A DNA stretch of 44,077 nt, taken from Shigella phage EP23. A model generated the notes under the pieces. It did not search any database, was not told where the DNA came from, and saw only the letters and a program-made list of their open reading frames with translations. The translations under genes and the position numbers were made by a program. The stretch lies in the sequence record JN984867; one strand, written 5' to 3'. Of the stretch, positions 26,611 through 35,424 are shown in pieces. The first letter of the stretch is position 1. Every line of letters begins with the position of its first letter.

Positions 26611-26922
26611 ATAAAAATTTGGGTCGCGCGCAACGTCTACCAAGTAAAGGTTACTAATGCGGTTGCCGTAGTGGCCAGGTGTGCGCTGACGGCACACTAC
26701 GGCATAGCCTGGAGGTATTGTATTGCCAGTCTCGATAATCCACGCCACGCGTGCGCCAGACAGCGTCTTGCCGTTGCACTCGATACGAGTACCGCCATCA
26801 GTAGTATTGAGGTTGCCAATCTTGCAGCCGGTGGATTTCAGACGGATGACTCCGGTTTTGCTGTCGTAGGTGAATAGCTGGTTAGTCATTGCGACCGAAA
26901 AATCGATTGGTTCGAATGTCAT
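26605..26922 (-). CDS. HNH-endonuclease-like protein with apparently substituted catalytic residues
   Basis: LFTYDSKTGVIRLK...GKTLSGARVAW...GNRISNLYLV follows the phage HNH_3-type pattern, but the expected His/Asp positions read A and C-R. Confidence 0.45.
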   Translation of the reverse strand: MTFEPIDFSVAMTNQLFTYDSKTGVIRLKSTGCKIGNLNTTDGGTRIECNGKTLSGARVAWIIETGNTIPPGYAVVCRQRTPGHYGNRISNLYLVDVARDPNFYA

Positions 26923-26923
26923 T

Positions 26924-28351
26924 TTAAATTTTCCTCGTTTTCTTAGCTTTCATGTATTCCATCAAGTCGTCCTGGATATCTCGCCTACTGTCGCGACGCT
27001 CGGCGACCAATTCGTCCAGTGTCCCGCGAGCCTGGATAATGTAGACGAATACTGGTCGAGGGTGTCCGGCTTGCATCTGGCGAACCGGCCCGATACGTTC
27101 AACGATCTGCGAAAAGTGCTCAAAGTTCCAGGTATCGGAGAAGATTGCCAGGTGATGTCCGCCGTCCTGCAAGTTAAGGCCGTGGCCTGCCGATGCCGGG
27201 TGTGCAAACATGATGGGGATCTCGCCCCTGTTCCACGCTTCCATATCCTTATTGCCCTGCTTACCCTTACCCAACGCGACGCCGTGCGGAAATTTCTTCT
27301 TAAGACGTGCCAGATCATGCTTGTACTGATACGCAACGAGCAACGGCGCGCCGTTCAACTCCTCCACGATACTTTCCAGCGCGTCCAGCTTCGCGTCGTG
27401 AATCTTCACCCACTCGTCGGTCCGTTCGCCGTCTTCGTCCACCTTATACACAGCGCCGGATGCAAGCTGAAGGCACTTAATTGTCTTCGCCGCGGCGTTC
27501 GCCGCTTCCACTGTTCCGCTTTCCAGTTCGGCAAATAGCTCGCTTTCAAACTGGTCATAAATCTTGCGGGCTTTCTTCGGCAGGTCCACAACAACCGGCG
27601 TATAGATTGGCTTGTCACACCCGAAGTATTCAGCCGCATCAACGGTTAGCGACACGTCGGACAGTCGTTGTTGTATTTCTTTCTCGGAGTTCTTAAGCGG
27701 GGCGTGCTGCATCGTGAAGCTGCCAGGCTTAACAGGCTTGCTAATAAACCAGCGGTCCGTGAACGCCTTATAGCTACTGCCGAGACGTTCGCCGCCGTCG
27801 ACAAACCACGTCTGACCCCATAGGTCTTTCAGCCCGTTCGGTGCGGGTGTGCCAGTCAGGTTAATCCAGCGCTTGACGTGCTTATGTGCGATCGCTGCCA
27901 GCGCACGGGCGCGCTTACTTCCCTGCTTGCTTCTATAGCCTTTCAGCTTAGTGGATTCATCGGCAACCACGACCGTAAAGGGCCACTCGTCGCCGCAATA
28001 CTCAACAAGCCACTCAACTACATCATAGTTAATACAAACCACGTTAGCGTCGCTCTCAAGCGCAGCGATGCGGTCCTTCTCTGGCCCAGTGCCGTCTACT
28101 ACCAGCAAGGCTGGGAAGCGCCATTTCTCCTGTTCCGGGGGCCATGTACCGGACGCAACGCGCAGCGGGGCCAGCACCAGTACGCGGTCATCCTGGTTGG
28201 ACAGGATGCCAGTCTGGAACATTTTATTCAGCGCCCACATGGTCGCGCCGGTTTTACCCGACCCCATTGTCGCCCATATATTGCATCGCTTATGCTTGAG
28301 GATGAACGCGGTTATCAACTTCTGATATTCGCGACGTCGGAAACGTGCCAT
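26924..28351 (-). CDS. SNF2/DEAD-like superfamily-2 helicase
   Basis: Walker A MGSGKTGAT, DExx-like VVADESTK; start taken at ATG 28351 (MARFRRR), track ORF runs to 28441. Confidence 0.7.
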   Translation of the reverse strand: MARFRRREYQKLITAFILKHKRCNIWATMGSGKTGATMWALNKMFQTGILSNQDDRVLVLAPLRVASGTWPPEQEKWRFPALLVVDGTGPEKDRIAALESDANVVCINYDVVEWLVEYCGDEWPFTVVVADESTKLKGYRSKQGSKRARALAAIAHKHVKRWINLTGTPAPNGLKDLWGQTWFVDGGERLGSSYKAFTDRWFISKPVKPGSFTMQHAPLKNSEKEIQQRLSDVSLTVDAAEYFGCDKPIYTPVVVDLPKKARKIYDQFESELFAELESGTVEAANAAAKTIKCLQLASGAVYKVDEDGERTDEWVKIHDAKLDALESIVEELNGAPLLVAYQYKHDLARLKKKFPHGVALGKGKQGNKDMEAWNRGEIPIMFAHPASAGHGLNLQDGGHHLAIFSDTWNFEHFSQIVERIGPVRQMQAGHPRPVFVYIIQARGTLDELVAERRDSRRDIQDDLMEYMKAKKTRKI

Positions 28352-28355
28352 TTCT

Positions 28356-28589
28356 TTATTCCGCCTTTTTCCAGACTTCAGTTTCACTATCCCAGTTCCT
28401 CTTTGTGGCGTCGTAGTTGGTGGCGTGTCCGACGTGGACACCGGTAGCCCGGAAGCTCTTAAATTTTTGCCAGCACACCGTCAACGGCAGTGGGTAATTT
28501 AGGCCCGCGATAAACCACACGCGATCGCCTGGTTTACATTCGCCCAGCTTGGTGAGTCGGTAATGTTCTTTCATCGTCATGTCTCCCAA
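28356..28589 (-). CDS. hypothetical protein
   Basis: 77 aa ORF. Confidence 0.35.
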   Translation of the reverse strand: MGDMTMKEHYRLTKLGECKPGDRVWFIAGLNYPLPLTVCWQKFKSFRATGVHVGHATNYDATKRNWDSETEVWKKAE

Positions 28590-28617
28590 AAATGGCGGGA
28601 CAAGCCCGCCGTATTAA

Positions 28618-28791
28618 TTATTTTTGTTCTGCACGGTAGCGGCGCTGCCGTTCGCGCTCTTTCTTATTGCGGCACGATTTGCACTCTGCCCGATACCCGT
28701 CTGGACTGCGCGCAGTCTTACCGGTGTATTTGTGGAACTGGGATAGCGGCTTTACACAGCCGCAATTACTACAACGTTTTTCTTCAATCAT
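28618..28791 (-). CDS. small zinc-ribbon protein (CxxC...CxxC)
   Basis: MIEEKRCSNCGCVKPLSQF...YRAECKSCRNKKERERQRR; start at internal ATG 28791. Confidence 0.4.
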   Translation of the reverse strand: MIEEKRCSNCGCVKPLSQFHKYTGKTARSPDGYRAECKSCRNKKERERQRRYRAEQK

Positions 28792-28831
28792 CTCTAAAAT
28801 CCTCGATATGGCTAACCGGCACACTATACCG

Positions 28832-29110
28832 CTATGCGACCAATTCAGCAACCAATAAATCGCAGTCGGATATGTTGTCGATAACGCGAACGTCAGCACC
28901 GCGGCGGGCCATTCGCTCATGTTCACGTACCTGGTGCGGCTTCGGTTTTCCTCCGGGGCGCTTCACTTCGACGAACACTATTTTGCCGTTGATGATAATA
29001 ATCAGGTCGGGCGCACCTGCGCGCCCCTCCCATGCCAGTTTTCGGCAGAATCCGCCAACATCTTTCACCCGTCTCATCAGGTGGCTTTGAATCTTGCCTT
29101 CTGGTGTCAT
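28832..29110 (-). CDS. VRR-NUC domain nuclease (PD-(D/E)XK)
   Basis: GAPDLIIIINGKIVFVEVKRPGGK core; start ATG 29110 overlapping polymerase stop. Confidence 0.55.
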   Translation of the reverse strand: MTPEGKIQSHLMRRVKDVGGFCRKLAWEGRAGAPDLIIIINGKIVFVEVKRPGGKPKPHQVREHERMARRGADVRVIDNISDCDLLVAELVA

Positions 29111-32100
29111 TACTTGCGGTAGCGATACATGCAATCGCCCTCTGCGGCAAGTGGGAAGCCTTTCGCCCAAACCGGCAGGTCGCACATCAGCGCGCACAAC
29201 TCCTCGGTTGTGTAGTCGTCGGTATCCGGCACTTCGGTTATCAGCTCATCGTGTACGGAAAGTACGATCTCATACCCCGCAGCTTCAACGCCAGGCATGG
29301 ACCATGCGAGAATATCGCGGCACAACGCCTGTACGATGTTTTCCGTCAGTTTGCCGCCGTAGGTATACTGGAATCCCCACTGGCGCGTCGTCTGATTCTC
29401 GCCCTGATATTTAATGCGTGTGCTGGTGCGCTTCTTGCCGGTGTCTTCGTCGATCTCGGTCGTGACAGACAGCGCGATGCCAGGGTAGCTCATGATGCGC
29501 CCTGACGGCAACTCAATTTTAAGCCACCACCCCGCCGCGTTCGGGTCGTCGCGCTCCTCGTCGAAGGTCGGGTCATGCTTCGCCTTCGTTCGAACAATTT
29601 TGAGCGCTTTCCTGCCATCCGGGCGAACGTTCGCGCCAGCCCAGTACGCTTTGCCCGGATTGCGGATCGCGCAGAGCACCGCGTCCTCCAGTTCGGCCCA
29701 AAAGGCTACCGTCATCGGGTGAGACTCACGCCACATACGTTTGATCGCGTCACACGTCAGCCACACGTTTTTCGGCAGTATGTAAGTTGGGCGCTCGTCT
29801 TTCTTGCCAGGCTTCGGCGGGCGCTTCTCCTCGTTAATGCGAGCGTACTCATAACCCCGCTTCGCCGCCGCCCAAATGTGATCCGGGAATGTGCCCTTCA
29901 TGACGTCAGCCATAGTGTAAAGGTCGAGGCCCAGGTTTTTAGCGAACTGCAAGAACGCCGCGACGCCGCCACCATAGCCCAGGCCAAGCTCGCAGTTATG
30001 CGCCACCAGAAAACCAGACTTAGACGCAATAAGGAACCGGTTTCCGTCTTCCACATCAATCAGGTCGTAAACCGGCTCGCAATAGGTTAACTTCCCGTTC
30101 CAGTTCAGCAATGCGGGTAAGGGCTTCATCGTACTTTCTCTGAAGCTCGGGCACGCTGCGCCGGTTACGGCAGTTTTCCGAACGGCTGACAAACCGAAGG
30201 TTTCCAGGCTCATAGTCGCCGTCTGTATCGATCCTGTCCATTTCGAAGTCTGGCTTATCCCAGCCGTCCAGCGTTTGAACGTAGAGAAGAAACGACCTTT
30301 TATCTCTCTTCCATTCGTCACATACGGCAATCCCACGACCGCCGTAGTTTTTATACCCTTTGGCGCGGGGGTTTGTCGTTCGTGATATTGCCGCTGACAG
30401 CCGGTTGAGTAGCCGCGTTCTGTGCGCATCGTCTGGCATTGCGTCATCGTAGCAAAAATACTGTTTACGATACCGCTTTGTCGCTTCAATTGCGCAGAGG
30501 TTGCATTGGGATGTTTTACCCCTTCGGACGTTGTCATACCCGACGCGTCCTGGCATCGCTCCGCAATCACATTGGGCCAGCAGTTGTCTGTGACCCTGTC
30601 GTTTTGGTAATTCGCGCAGGATAACCAGGCGTCCATACCTCTCGCCAGGGCGCGGACCATCGTGCACCTGTCTGAAACGAGTTGCCTTGCCTCCTTCCAT
30701 GAATGCGTCAAGATTTTGTGGTCTTCTGTCATCAAGACCCCGTCCACGTCTATCACTGGTTTCCACCCCATAAGGTGCGCGCCTTTTGTACTCACCCATT
30801 TTTCGCCGTTCCATACTTTATCCGTTGATGTTACGGCCATAATATCCTTGAACCCGCCATTGGTCAATACTTGGGTATGGCGGTGCAAGCAAGCCTTACC
30901 GATCTGGCGTAAGTCCTTGCGGTTGGCTTTAATGTAATCCGGGTCAAGGCCGAACATCTTACCGGCAGTCTCGCAATAGATATCGCGACCGGCCTTAAAG
31001 ACCATTAACGCTGTTTTCTCGCCAGCGATCCAGGCAAGTCCACGCCCTTCCACATTGGAGTAGTCCGCTACGACAAACTTCTTGCCCTTCGCCGGAATAA
31101 TGCACCCGCGAACGGTCGAGGCCGTTAGCTTCGATATGTCATACGCCCAGTGTGCGGTCCCGCGTAACAGGGAGTTGATGCCGTTGGTGAGCATGTGCGA
31201 CCGGACCCAAAACGAGACGTCGCTTTCACCCTCGCGGCGTTTAATCTTCCCTTCGTGGTCGTCGCTGTACTCGCCACGCGCCAGGTTTTGAGGCTGGAAG
31301 CCTTTGCCCGCCCAGCGCAGCGTGCGCTTTGCGCCGCCATACTGAAGACACCCACGGCGGCGACCATCTGCGGATAAGCCGTTAACTAGCGGATTGTACT
31401 TAGTCGATGCCGTTGATGACGCCCCGAGGCGCATTTCGATAAGCGCTTTGCCTTCGTCGGGGAAGTCCGGGTCTTCAAGCAGGTCGTTAAGCGTGGATTT
31501 CTGCGCGTTGTGGATCGTGAACGCCGGGGCGATATCACGCAGGATTGGCAGGAAGTCATTGCCTGTCAGCTTACCGCCAAATCGCTCCCAGGCTTCTTCC
31601 TTCAATTCTTCCTTATGCGCCTGCACCGCTTTGATCGCGGCGTTCGCCAGGTCAACGTCGACGTAGAAGCCGCGGTCGTTAATCAACTGGTCGATGAGCA
31701 GGATTTCATCTTCCTTAGGCGAGTTTCCCCAGTCCGGTATGCGCCAGTAGACTTCACGCATTGCGATAATATCCAGCGCGGCATAGCGCAGAAATTTGGC
31801 CCATTCTTCCGGGTGAGTCTCGCGAGTGTAGCGGCGGATTTTGTAGGTCTTAGGGGTAGGCTTACAGAATCGGTTAATCAGCGCCTTGCCTGCCTTATCC
31901 TTCGCGTGCTCTGCGTCAACGCCCAGAACCTGGCACTGCATATCGAGGCTACCGGGCAGCGCGTGGCGAAAGGCCATAATCATAGTGTCTTCGATCTGGC
32001 TTACCGGCAGGTCAATACCCCACTTCTCGCGGATAACCAGGCGGTCAAACAGGAGGCCGTTAGCCATCACTATTTTAGCCTTCTTGCGGGATACCCGGCG

Positions 32101-32298
32101 GAGCGCCTTGCGCAGTTCACGCGGCATTGTGGGGGATTCAGTGGCATCCCATGTCTGCACGCGGCCCTCGTCTATGGCGTAGGTGCAAATCATAATCTCT
32201 GTGGTTGGGTGCTCCGCGTAGGCGTACGCCCCAACTTTCTTCAGGTCCACCCCGCTAAATGTCTCGGTGTCGAGAAACAGGCGTTCGAAGTCTTTCAT
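29110..32298 (-). CDS. family A DNA polymerase with 3'-5' exonuclease domain, interrupted by an intein in motif B
   Basis: Exo motif FLDTETFSG, motif A ADYSNVEGR, motif C LSVHDEL; motif B split as RQIGKA / intein / CELGLGYGG. Confidence 0.9.
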   Translation of the reverse strand: MKDFERLFLDTETFSGVDLKKVGAYAYAEHPTTEIMICTYAIDEGRVQTWDATESPTMPRELRKALRRVSRKKAKIVMANGLLFDRLVIREKWGIDLPVSQIEDTMIMAFRHALPGSLDMQCQVLGVDAEHAKDKAGKALINRFCKPTPKTYKIRRYTRETHPEEWAKFLRYAALDIIAMREVYWRIPDWGNSPKEDEILLIDQLINDRGFYVDVDLANAAIKAVQAHKEELKEEAWERFGGKLTGNDFLPILRDIAPAFTIHNAQKSTLNDLLEDPDFPDEGKALIEMRLGASSTASTKYNPLVNGLSADGRRRGCLQYGGAKRTLRWAGKGFQPQNLARGEYSDDHEGKIKRREGESDVSFWVRSHMLTNGINSLLRGTAHWAYDISKLTASTVRGCIIPAKGKKFVVADYSNVEGRGLAWIAGEKTALMVFKAGRDIYCETAGKMFGLDPDYIKANRKDLRQIGKACLHRHTQVLTNGGFKDIMAVTSTDKVWNGEKWVSTKGAHLMGWKPVIDVDGVLMTEDHKILTHSWKEARQLVSDRCTMVRALARGMDAWLSCANYQNDRVTDNCWPNVIAERCQDASGMTTSEGVKHPNATSAQLKRQSGIVNSIFATMTQCQTMRTERGYSTGCQRQYHERQTPAPKGIKTTAVVGLPYVTNGREIKGRFFSTFKRWTAGISQTSKWTGSIQTATMSLETFGLSAVRKTAVTGAACPSFRESTMKPLPALLNWNGKLTYCEPVYDLIDVEDGNRFLIASKSGFLVAHNCELGLGYGGGVAAFLQFAKNLGLDLYTMADVMKGTFPDHIWAAAKRGYEYARINEEKRPPKPGKKDERPTYILPKNVWLTCDAIKRMWRESHPMTVAFWAELEDAVLCAIRNPGKAYWAGANVRPDGRKALKIVRTKAKHDPTFDEERDDPNAAGWWLKIELPSGRIMSYPGIALSVTTEIDEDTGKKRTSTRIKYQGENQTTRQWGFQYTYGGKLTENIVQALCRDILAWSMPGVEAAGYEIVLSVHDELITEVPDTDDYTTEELCALMCDLPVWAKGFPLAAEGDCMYRYRK
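29995..30891 (-). mobile_element. intein (299 aa) in DNA polymerase motif B
   Basis: Insert starts with Cys (codon 30889-30891), ends ...LVAHN followed by Cys (+1); Hint-like blocks CLHRHTQVLTNGG, TEDHKIL, VYDLIDVEDGNRFLIASKSGFLVAHN; excision restores R-x3-K-x3-LG-x2-YG. Confidence 0.8.
30056..30814 (-). CDS. HNH homing endonuclease encoded in an alternative frame inside the intein
   Basis: YGRLVIL...CDCG...RGKTSQCNLC and GYKNYGGRGIAVCDEW...DRIDTDGDYEPGNLRFVSRSENCRNR match phage HNH/His-Me finger proteins; frame differs from polymerase (30814 mod 3 = 1 vs 32298 mod 3 = 0); true start may be an internal Met (~30700). Confidence 0.7.
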   Translation of the reverse strand: MERRKMGEYKRRAPYGVETSDRRGRGLDDRRPQNLDAFMEGGKATRFRQVHDGPRPGERYGRLVILRELPKRQGHRQLLAQCDCGAMPGRVGYDNVRRGKTSQCNLCAIEATKRYRKQYFCYDDAMPDDAHRTRLLNRLSAAISRTTNPRAKGYKNYGGRGIAVCDEWKRDKRSFLLYVQTLDGWDKPDFEMDRIDTDGDYEPGNLRFVSRSENCRNRRSVPELQRKYDEALTRIAELEREVNLLRAGLRPD

Positions 32299-32465
32299 TG
32301 CTTTATCCTCACTACGGCGTCAGCGCTGCCGATCATGGAGAAGATGCCGTCGGACAGGGCGATCTCTTCGCCGTTGTTGCGAATCTCGGCAACTGTGAAA
32401 TATTCCCCCAGTAGCTTGGACCATACTTGCATTCCGACTTTTACTTCGCTGGCTTTAATACGCAT
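32295..32465 (-). CDS. small protein (56 aa) translationally coupled to DNA polymerase
   Basis: ATG 32465 after AGGA; stop TGA overlaps polymerase ATG (ATGA); translated by hand, not in ORF track (below size cut-off). Confidence 0.35.
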   Translation of the reverse strand: MRIKASEVKVGMQVWSKLLGEYFTVAEIRNNGEEIALSDGIFSMIGSADAVVRIKQ

Positions 32466-32523
32466 TTTTCATTGTCCTGTTAAAAAGCCCGCATTAAGCG
32501 GGCTTGAATAGTGGGCTTTGCCC

Positions 32524-33198
32524 TTAACGGCGGCGACGTTTACGTGGCGCTTCGTCTTCGTCGTCGTCTTCGTCATCGTCATCACGACGTTTTGACTTTT
32601 TGGACTTACGCGGGCTTTCATCTTCGTCATCGTCGCCCAGGTCTTCGTCGGAACATGAAGACCCGCCACCGCCGAAGGCTTCGCCGTCATCACGGAAGCG
32701 CATACCCAGCAGACCACAGCCTAAGCCTTTGCCGTTGGTATTGTTCCAGGCCCAAATATCTAAGGAAACGTTGCAATAGCAACCGGAATAGATTTCCTTC
32801 CCTTCGATTTCGTCGCCGTCGATGGTCAGACCCTGCTCCGTCTGCTTCTCGCCTTCGGAAGTCTGGATGATCGGCTGTTTGAACGATTTGGCGTTGATGT
32901 ACAACATGCCTTCGAATTCTTCGGTTACTTCGTCGCGCTCGTCACCGTCGCGAACTGCGCATTCCTTAGAATCCTGGGCGTAGTGGCGGTCCATCCACTT
33001 ATCAGCATTCTTCTCGGATTTCAGCTTGTCGGTTAGCACTGCGCGCGCTGCCGCTTCCACTTTGTCCACCTGCGGATCTTCTTTATCAAGAAGAATCACT
33101 GCACGGTATGCCGGTTTTTGTCCATCCTGTTTAGGGGTATCACGTTCCCAAATTTTAAGGAAACATACGCGCACATTTTTCAGGTTGACTTTAGCCAT
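32524..33198 (-). CDS. ssDNA-binding-like protein (DUF2815-like, putative) with poly-acidic/basic C-terminal tail
   Basis: ATG 33198 after GAGGA; C-terminus DEDLGDDDEDESPRKSKKSKRRDDDDEDDDEDEAPRKRRRR; adjacent to Cas4-like nuclease and polymerase. Confidence 0.45.
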   Translation of the reverse strand: MAKVNLKNVRVCFLKIWERDTPKQDGQKPAYRAVILLDKEDPQVDKVEAAARAVLTDKLKSEKNADKWMDRHYAQDSKECAVRDGDERDEVTEEFEGMLYINAKSFKQPIIQTSEGEKQTEQGLTIDGDEIEGKEIYSGCYCNVSLDIWAWNNTNGKGLGCGLLGMRFRDDGEAFGGGGSSCSDEDLGDDDEDESPRKSKKSKRRDDDDEDDDEDEAPRKRRRR

Positions 33199-33254
33199 TT
33201 TCCAATTCCTCATTTTCACATGTATCGGGGTTATTGGAAGCCACCCCGTTCGGC

Positions 33255-33285
33255 TTGGTTGCTAATTTACTTGGTTGCGCCTGAG
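33255..33285 (-). promoter_or_regulatory. pair of TTGGTTGC motifs 18 bp apart upstream of SSB-like gene
   Basis: cttggttgctaatttacttggttgcg read directly. Confidence 0.35.
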
Positions 33286-33288
33286 CGG

Positions 33289-33531
33289 TCAAGCATTTTC
33301 ATTAAAAAGATTTCGGGTAACGTAGTTGGTCGCGTTCTCGATCCAGCTTAACGGCGGGCGGTTGATGTTCTTCTCCACCCAATCGACGGCAGCTTCGCTA
33401 TAGCCGTCATCCAGCCAGCGGGTCGGATGTCTAATCATCCATGCCACCATTAACACGCCTTGCACACAATGCAGGATAAAGCCCAGCGCGCCGATAACAA
33501 ACATCAATAAGATTGCGAATACTTTATTCAT
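33289..33531 (-). CDS. small membrane protein
   Basis: 80 aa, hydrophobic segment AILLMFVIGALGFILHCVQGVLMVAWMI. Confidence 0.4.
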   Translation of the reverse strand: MNKVFAILLMFVIGALGFILHCVQGVLMVAWMIRHPTRWLDDGYSEAAVDWVEKNINRPPLSWIENATNYVTRNLFNENA

Positions 33532-34954
33532 TGCTTAAGTCCTCGTCAGTAGCTACAGACCACGCAGGGCGCGGGTCGTCGATGGGTGCTAATACCGGTT
33601 TAGCTGGTGCGCGCGTGATTTTATCACACAGCTTCGCCCATACTTTCGGCTTCTCGTCCTTCAATACCTTCTCGGCATCAGTAGGGCTGAGTAATGTTTC
33701 TTTGTACATCACATCGCGCTTGATCCGGGCCTTCGTGAAGATTTCAATCACTTCGCTTTCGTCCGCCCACTTGCGAATCCCTTCCTTACCTGCAACCATC
33801 TTGAGGCCCAGCGATTCGCCGTCGCCCGCCATCACAGCCTTGAATACCGCGGACTCGATAGCCTTGATGTGCTGGCGCATTGCGTCCAGGCCTTCATAAG
33901 CCTTGCGCAGTTCCGCGGCGGTCATAGCGCCGGGGGCCGCTTCTTTCTTGCCACGCTTCGCACGTCGTGCCGCTTTGCGGGCTTCGCGGGCCATATTGCG
34001 GTCGTGATTGGCGCATTCTTCCTCTGTCGCAATACTCACGTCGTCGCCCAGGTCTTCGTCTGTTGCCGTTGGTGGGGTCATCGTGCCGATTGCAGCCTTA
34101 GCGCGGGCGCTACACTGATCCGCAAATCTGCACCACTGACACGCATCAACGCTCGGTCGGAAGTCGGCGCGGGTGAGTCCCTTTTTTCCGCGGGAGTACG
34201 CTTCCAGGGCGGCGATAGCACGCTTGGACGCAAACTTAGCGAATATCTCCAGGGCTTCTACCGAAATATCCCACTCCGACGCCCCGCCGCAATACGGCTG
34301 GAAGATAACAAGGCGCACGGTTGTAATGTCGTACATAGTTTTCAGCTTGCGCAGCAAGCCCAGCGCATACAACATAAGCTGTTTGTTTTCTTTCGCCTCG
34401 ACCTTATGCCGCCCCGTCTTCAGGTCGCCAACAATCAGCATGTACGTGCCGTCGGTCTTCTTCATGACCATGACCATATCGGCAGTACCGAACGTCTTAA
34501 CCCGGTTGCCGTCGATCTCGAAGCCTGAGTGAAGGACGCGGGTCAGATCGGCGCGCATCTCAAGCTGAACAAACTCCGCCACTTCGAGGAGCGGTCGCCA
34601 GTGGTCGATGTACGCGTCGCACTGTTTCACCATGTCGTCGTTGACCAGTACGCCGCCTTTCGGTGCTTTCGGGTGGGCCTTTACCGGCCCCTTACCTTCG
34701 TTCTCTACGTAGCACCCTTTGTACGTCTTAGCGGTTATCAGCTTCTCCCCGGCAATGATGCGGTTTAGCACCACTTCAGATACGGTGTGCATACTCGTAC
34801 CGTTAATCGCCGCTTGCCCGGATTCGTTCGGGATATCTTTTTCCACCACCAGGGCGGCGGGACACCCCATCCATTTTTTAGCACCGGATGGGCCAAGTAA
34901 TGAGTGTTCCGTATTACTACCGGATTGCGTTTTACGTTTTGGTTTAATCGCCAT
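33524..34954 (-). CDS. PD-(D/E)XK exonuclease, Cas4/RecB-like with C-terminal Cys cluster (DUF2800-like)
   Basis: IVGDLKTGRHKVEAKENKQLMLYALGL (D-x-K, QxxxY) and DACQWCRFADQCS cysteine motif; 476 aa. Confidence 0.6.
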   Translation of the reverse strand: MAIKPKRKTQSGSNTEHSLLGPSGAKKWMGCPAALVVEKDIPNESGQAAINGTSMHTVSEVVLNRIIAGEKLITAKTYKGCYVENEGKGPVKAHPKAPKGGVLVNDDMVKQCDAYIDHWRPLLEVAEFVQLEMRADLTRVLHSGFEIDGNRVKTFGTADMVMVMKKTDGTYMLIVGDLKTGRHKVEAKENKQLMLYALGLLRKLKTMYDITTVRLVIFQPYCGGASEWDISVEALEIFAKFASKRAIAALEAYSRGKKGLTRADFRPSVDACQWCRFADQCSARAKAAIGTMTPPTATDEDLGDDVSIATEEECANHDRNMAREARKAARRAKRGKKEAAPGAMTAAELRKAYEGLDAMRQHIKAIESAVFKAVMAGDGESLGLKMVAGKEGIRKWADESEVIEIFTKARIKRDVMYKETLLSPTDAEKVLKDEKPKVWAKLCDKITRAPAKPVLAPIDDPRPAWSVATDEDLSNE

Positions 34955-35133
34955 TATTCCACCCGTGTAAACTGGACAATTACATATTTCACATTCGCCA
35001 AGCCCGCTTTTTCGACACGGCTGCGCACTTCATGCTGCGCATCGGTCCAGCACATCGAGGCGTCCTTGTTAACAACAAGAAAAGAGAAATGGTCGTTTAA
35101 TTCGTGGCAAGTTGCCAGCACGAAAAATTTCAT
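34954..35133 (-). CDS. small protein (59 aa), translationally coupled
   Basis: ATG 35133, stop TAA overlapping nuclease ATG (TAATG); hand-translated. Confidence 0.3.
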   Translation of the reverse strand: MKFFVLATCHELNDHFSFLVVNKDASMCWTDAQHEVRSRVEKAGLANVKYVIVQFTRVE

Positions 35134-35384
35134 TATTTTGTCTCCCAGCGGTCAATTGTTTTTGCTTCGGATGCAACGGCGAAGCGAACATATTCCAGAT
35201 TGGAGTCAGCCCAAATATAAAAATCGGGGTTAGTAAAGGTGGTGCGCTTAATTTGCGCGGGGGTGTTGCGGCGTTTATCTATTACGGCAACGCGGGATTG
35301 AAAGCTGCCGATGCGTTCGAATAGCCAATAGTACGGGCGCTGGTCGCGGGAATCCACCGCCTCGATTAGCGTGAATCGTGCCAT
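35133..35384 (-). CDS. hypothetical protein
   Basis: 83 aa ORF with GAGGA RBS. Confidence 0.4.
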   Translation of the reverse strand: MARFTLIEAVDSRDQRPYYWLFERIGSFQSRVAVIDKRRNTPAQIKRTTFTNPDFYIWADSNLEYVRFAVASEAKTIDRWETK

Positions 35385-35396
35385 TGTCTCGTCCTC

Positions 35397-35424
35397 TAAA
35401 AAGAGGCCCGCTAATATGCGGGCC
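35397..35424 (-). terminator. intra-operon terminator / attenuator
   Basis: On minus strand GGCCCGC-atatta-GCGGGCC hairpin followed by CUUUUU. Confidence 0.45.

Noticed and set aside
30100-30640. Reading the centre of the intein in the polymerase frame as a degenerate in-frame endonuclease domain
   Set aside because: That frame gives S/T/Q/R-rich low-complexity sequence without HNH or LAGLIDADG motifs, while the alternative frame gives a clean HNH protein; kept as the dual-frame finding instead
31510-32511. 333-aa plus-strand ORF
   Set aside because: Lies entirely antisense to the DNA polymerase gene and translates to low-complexity sequence; shadow ORF of a GC-rich coding region
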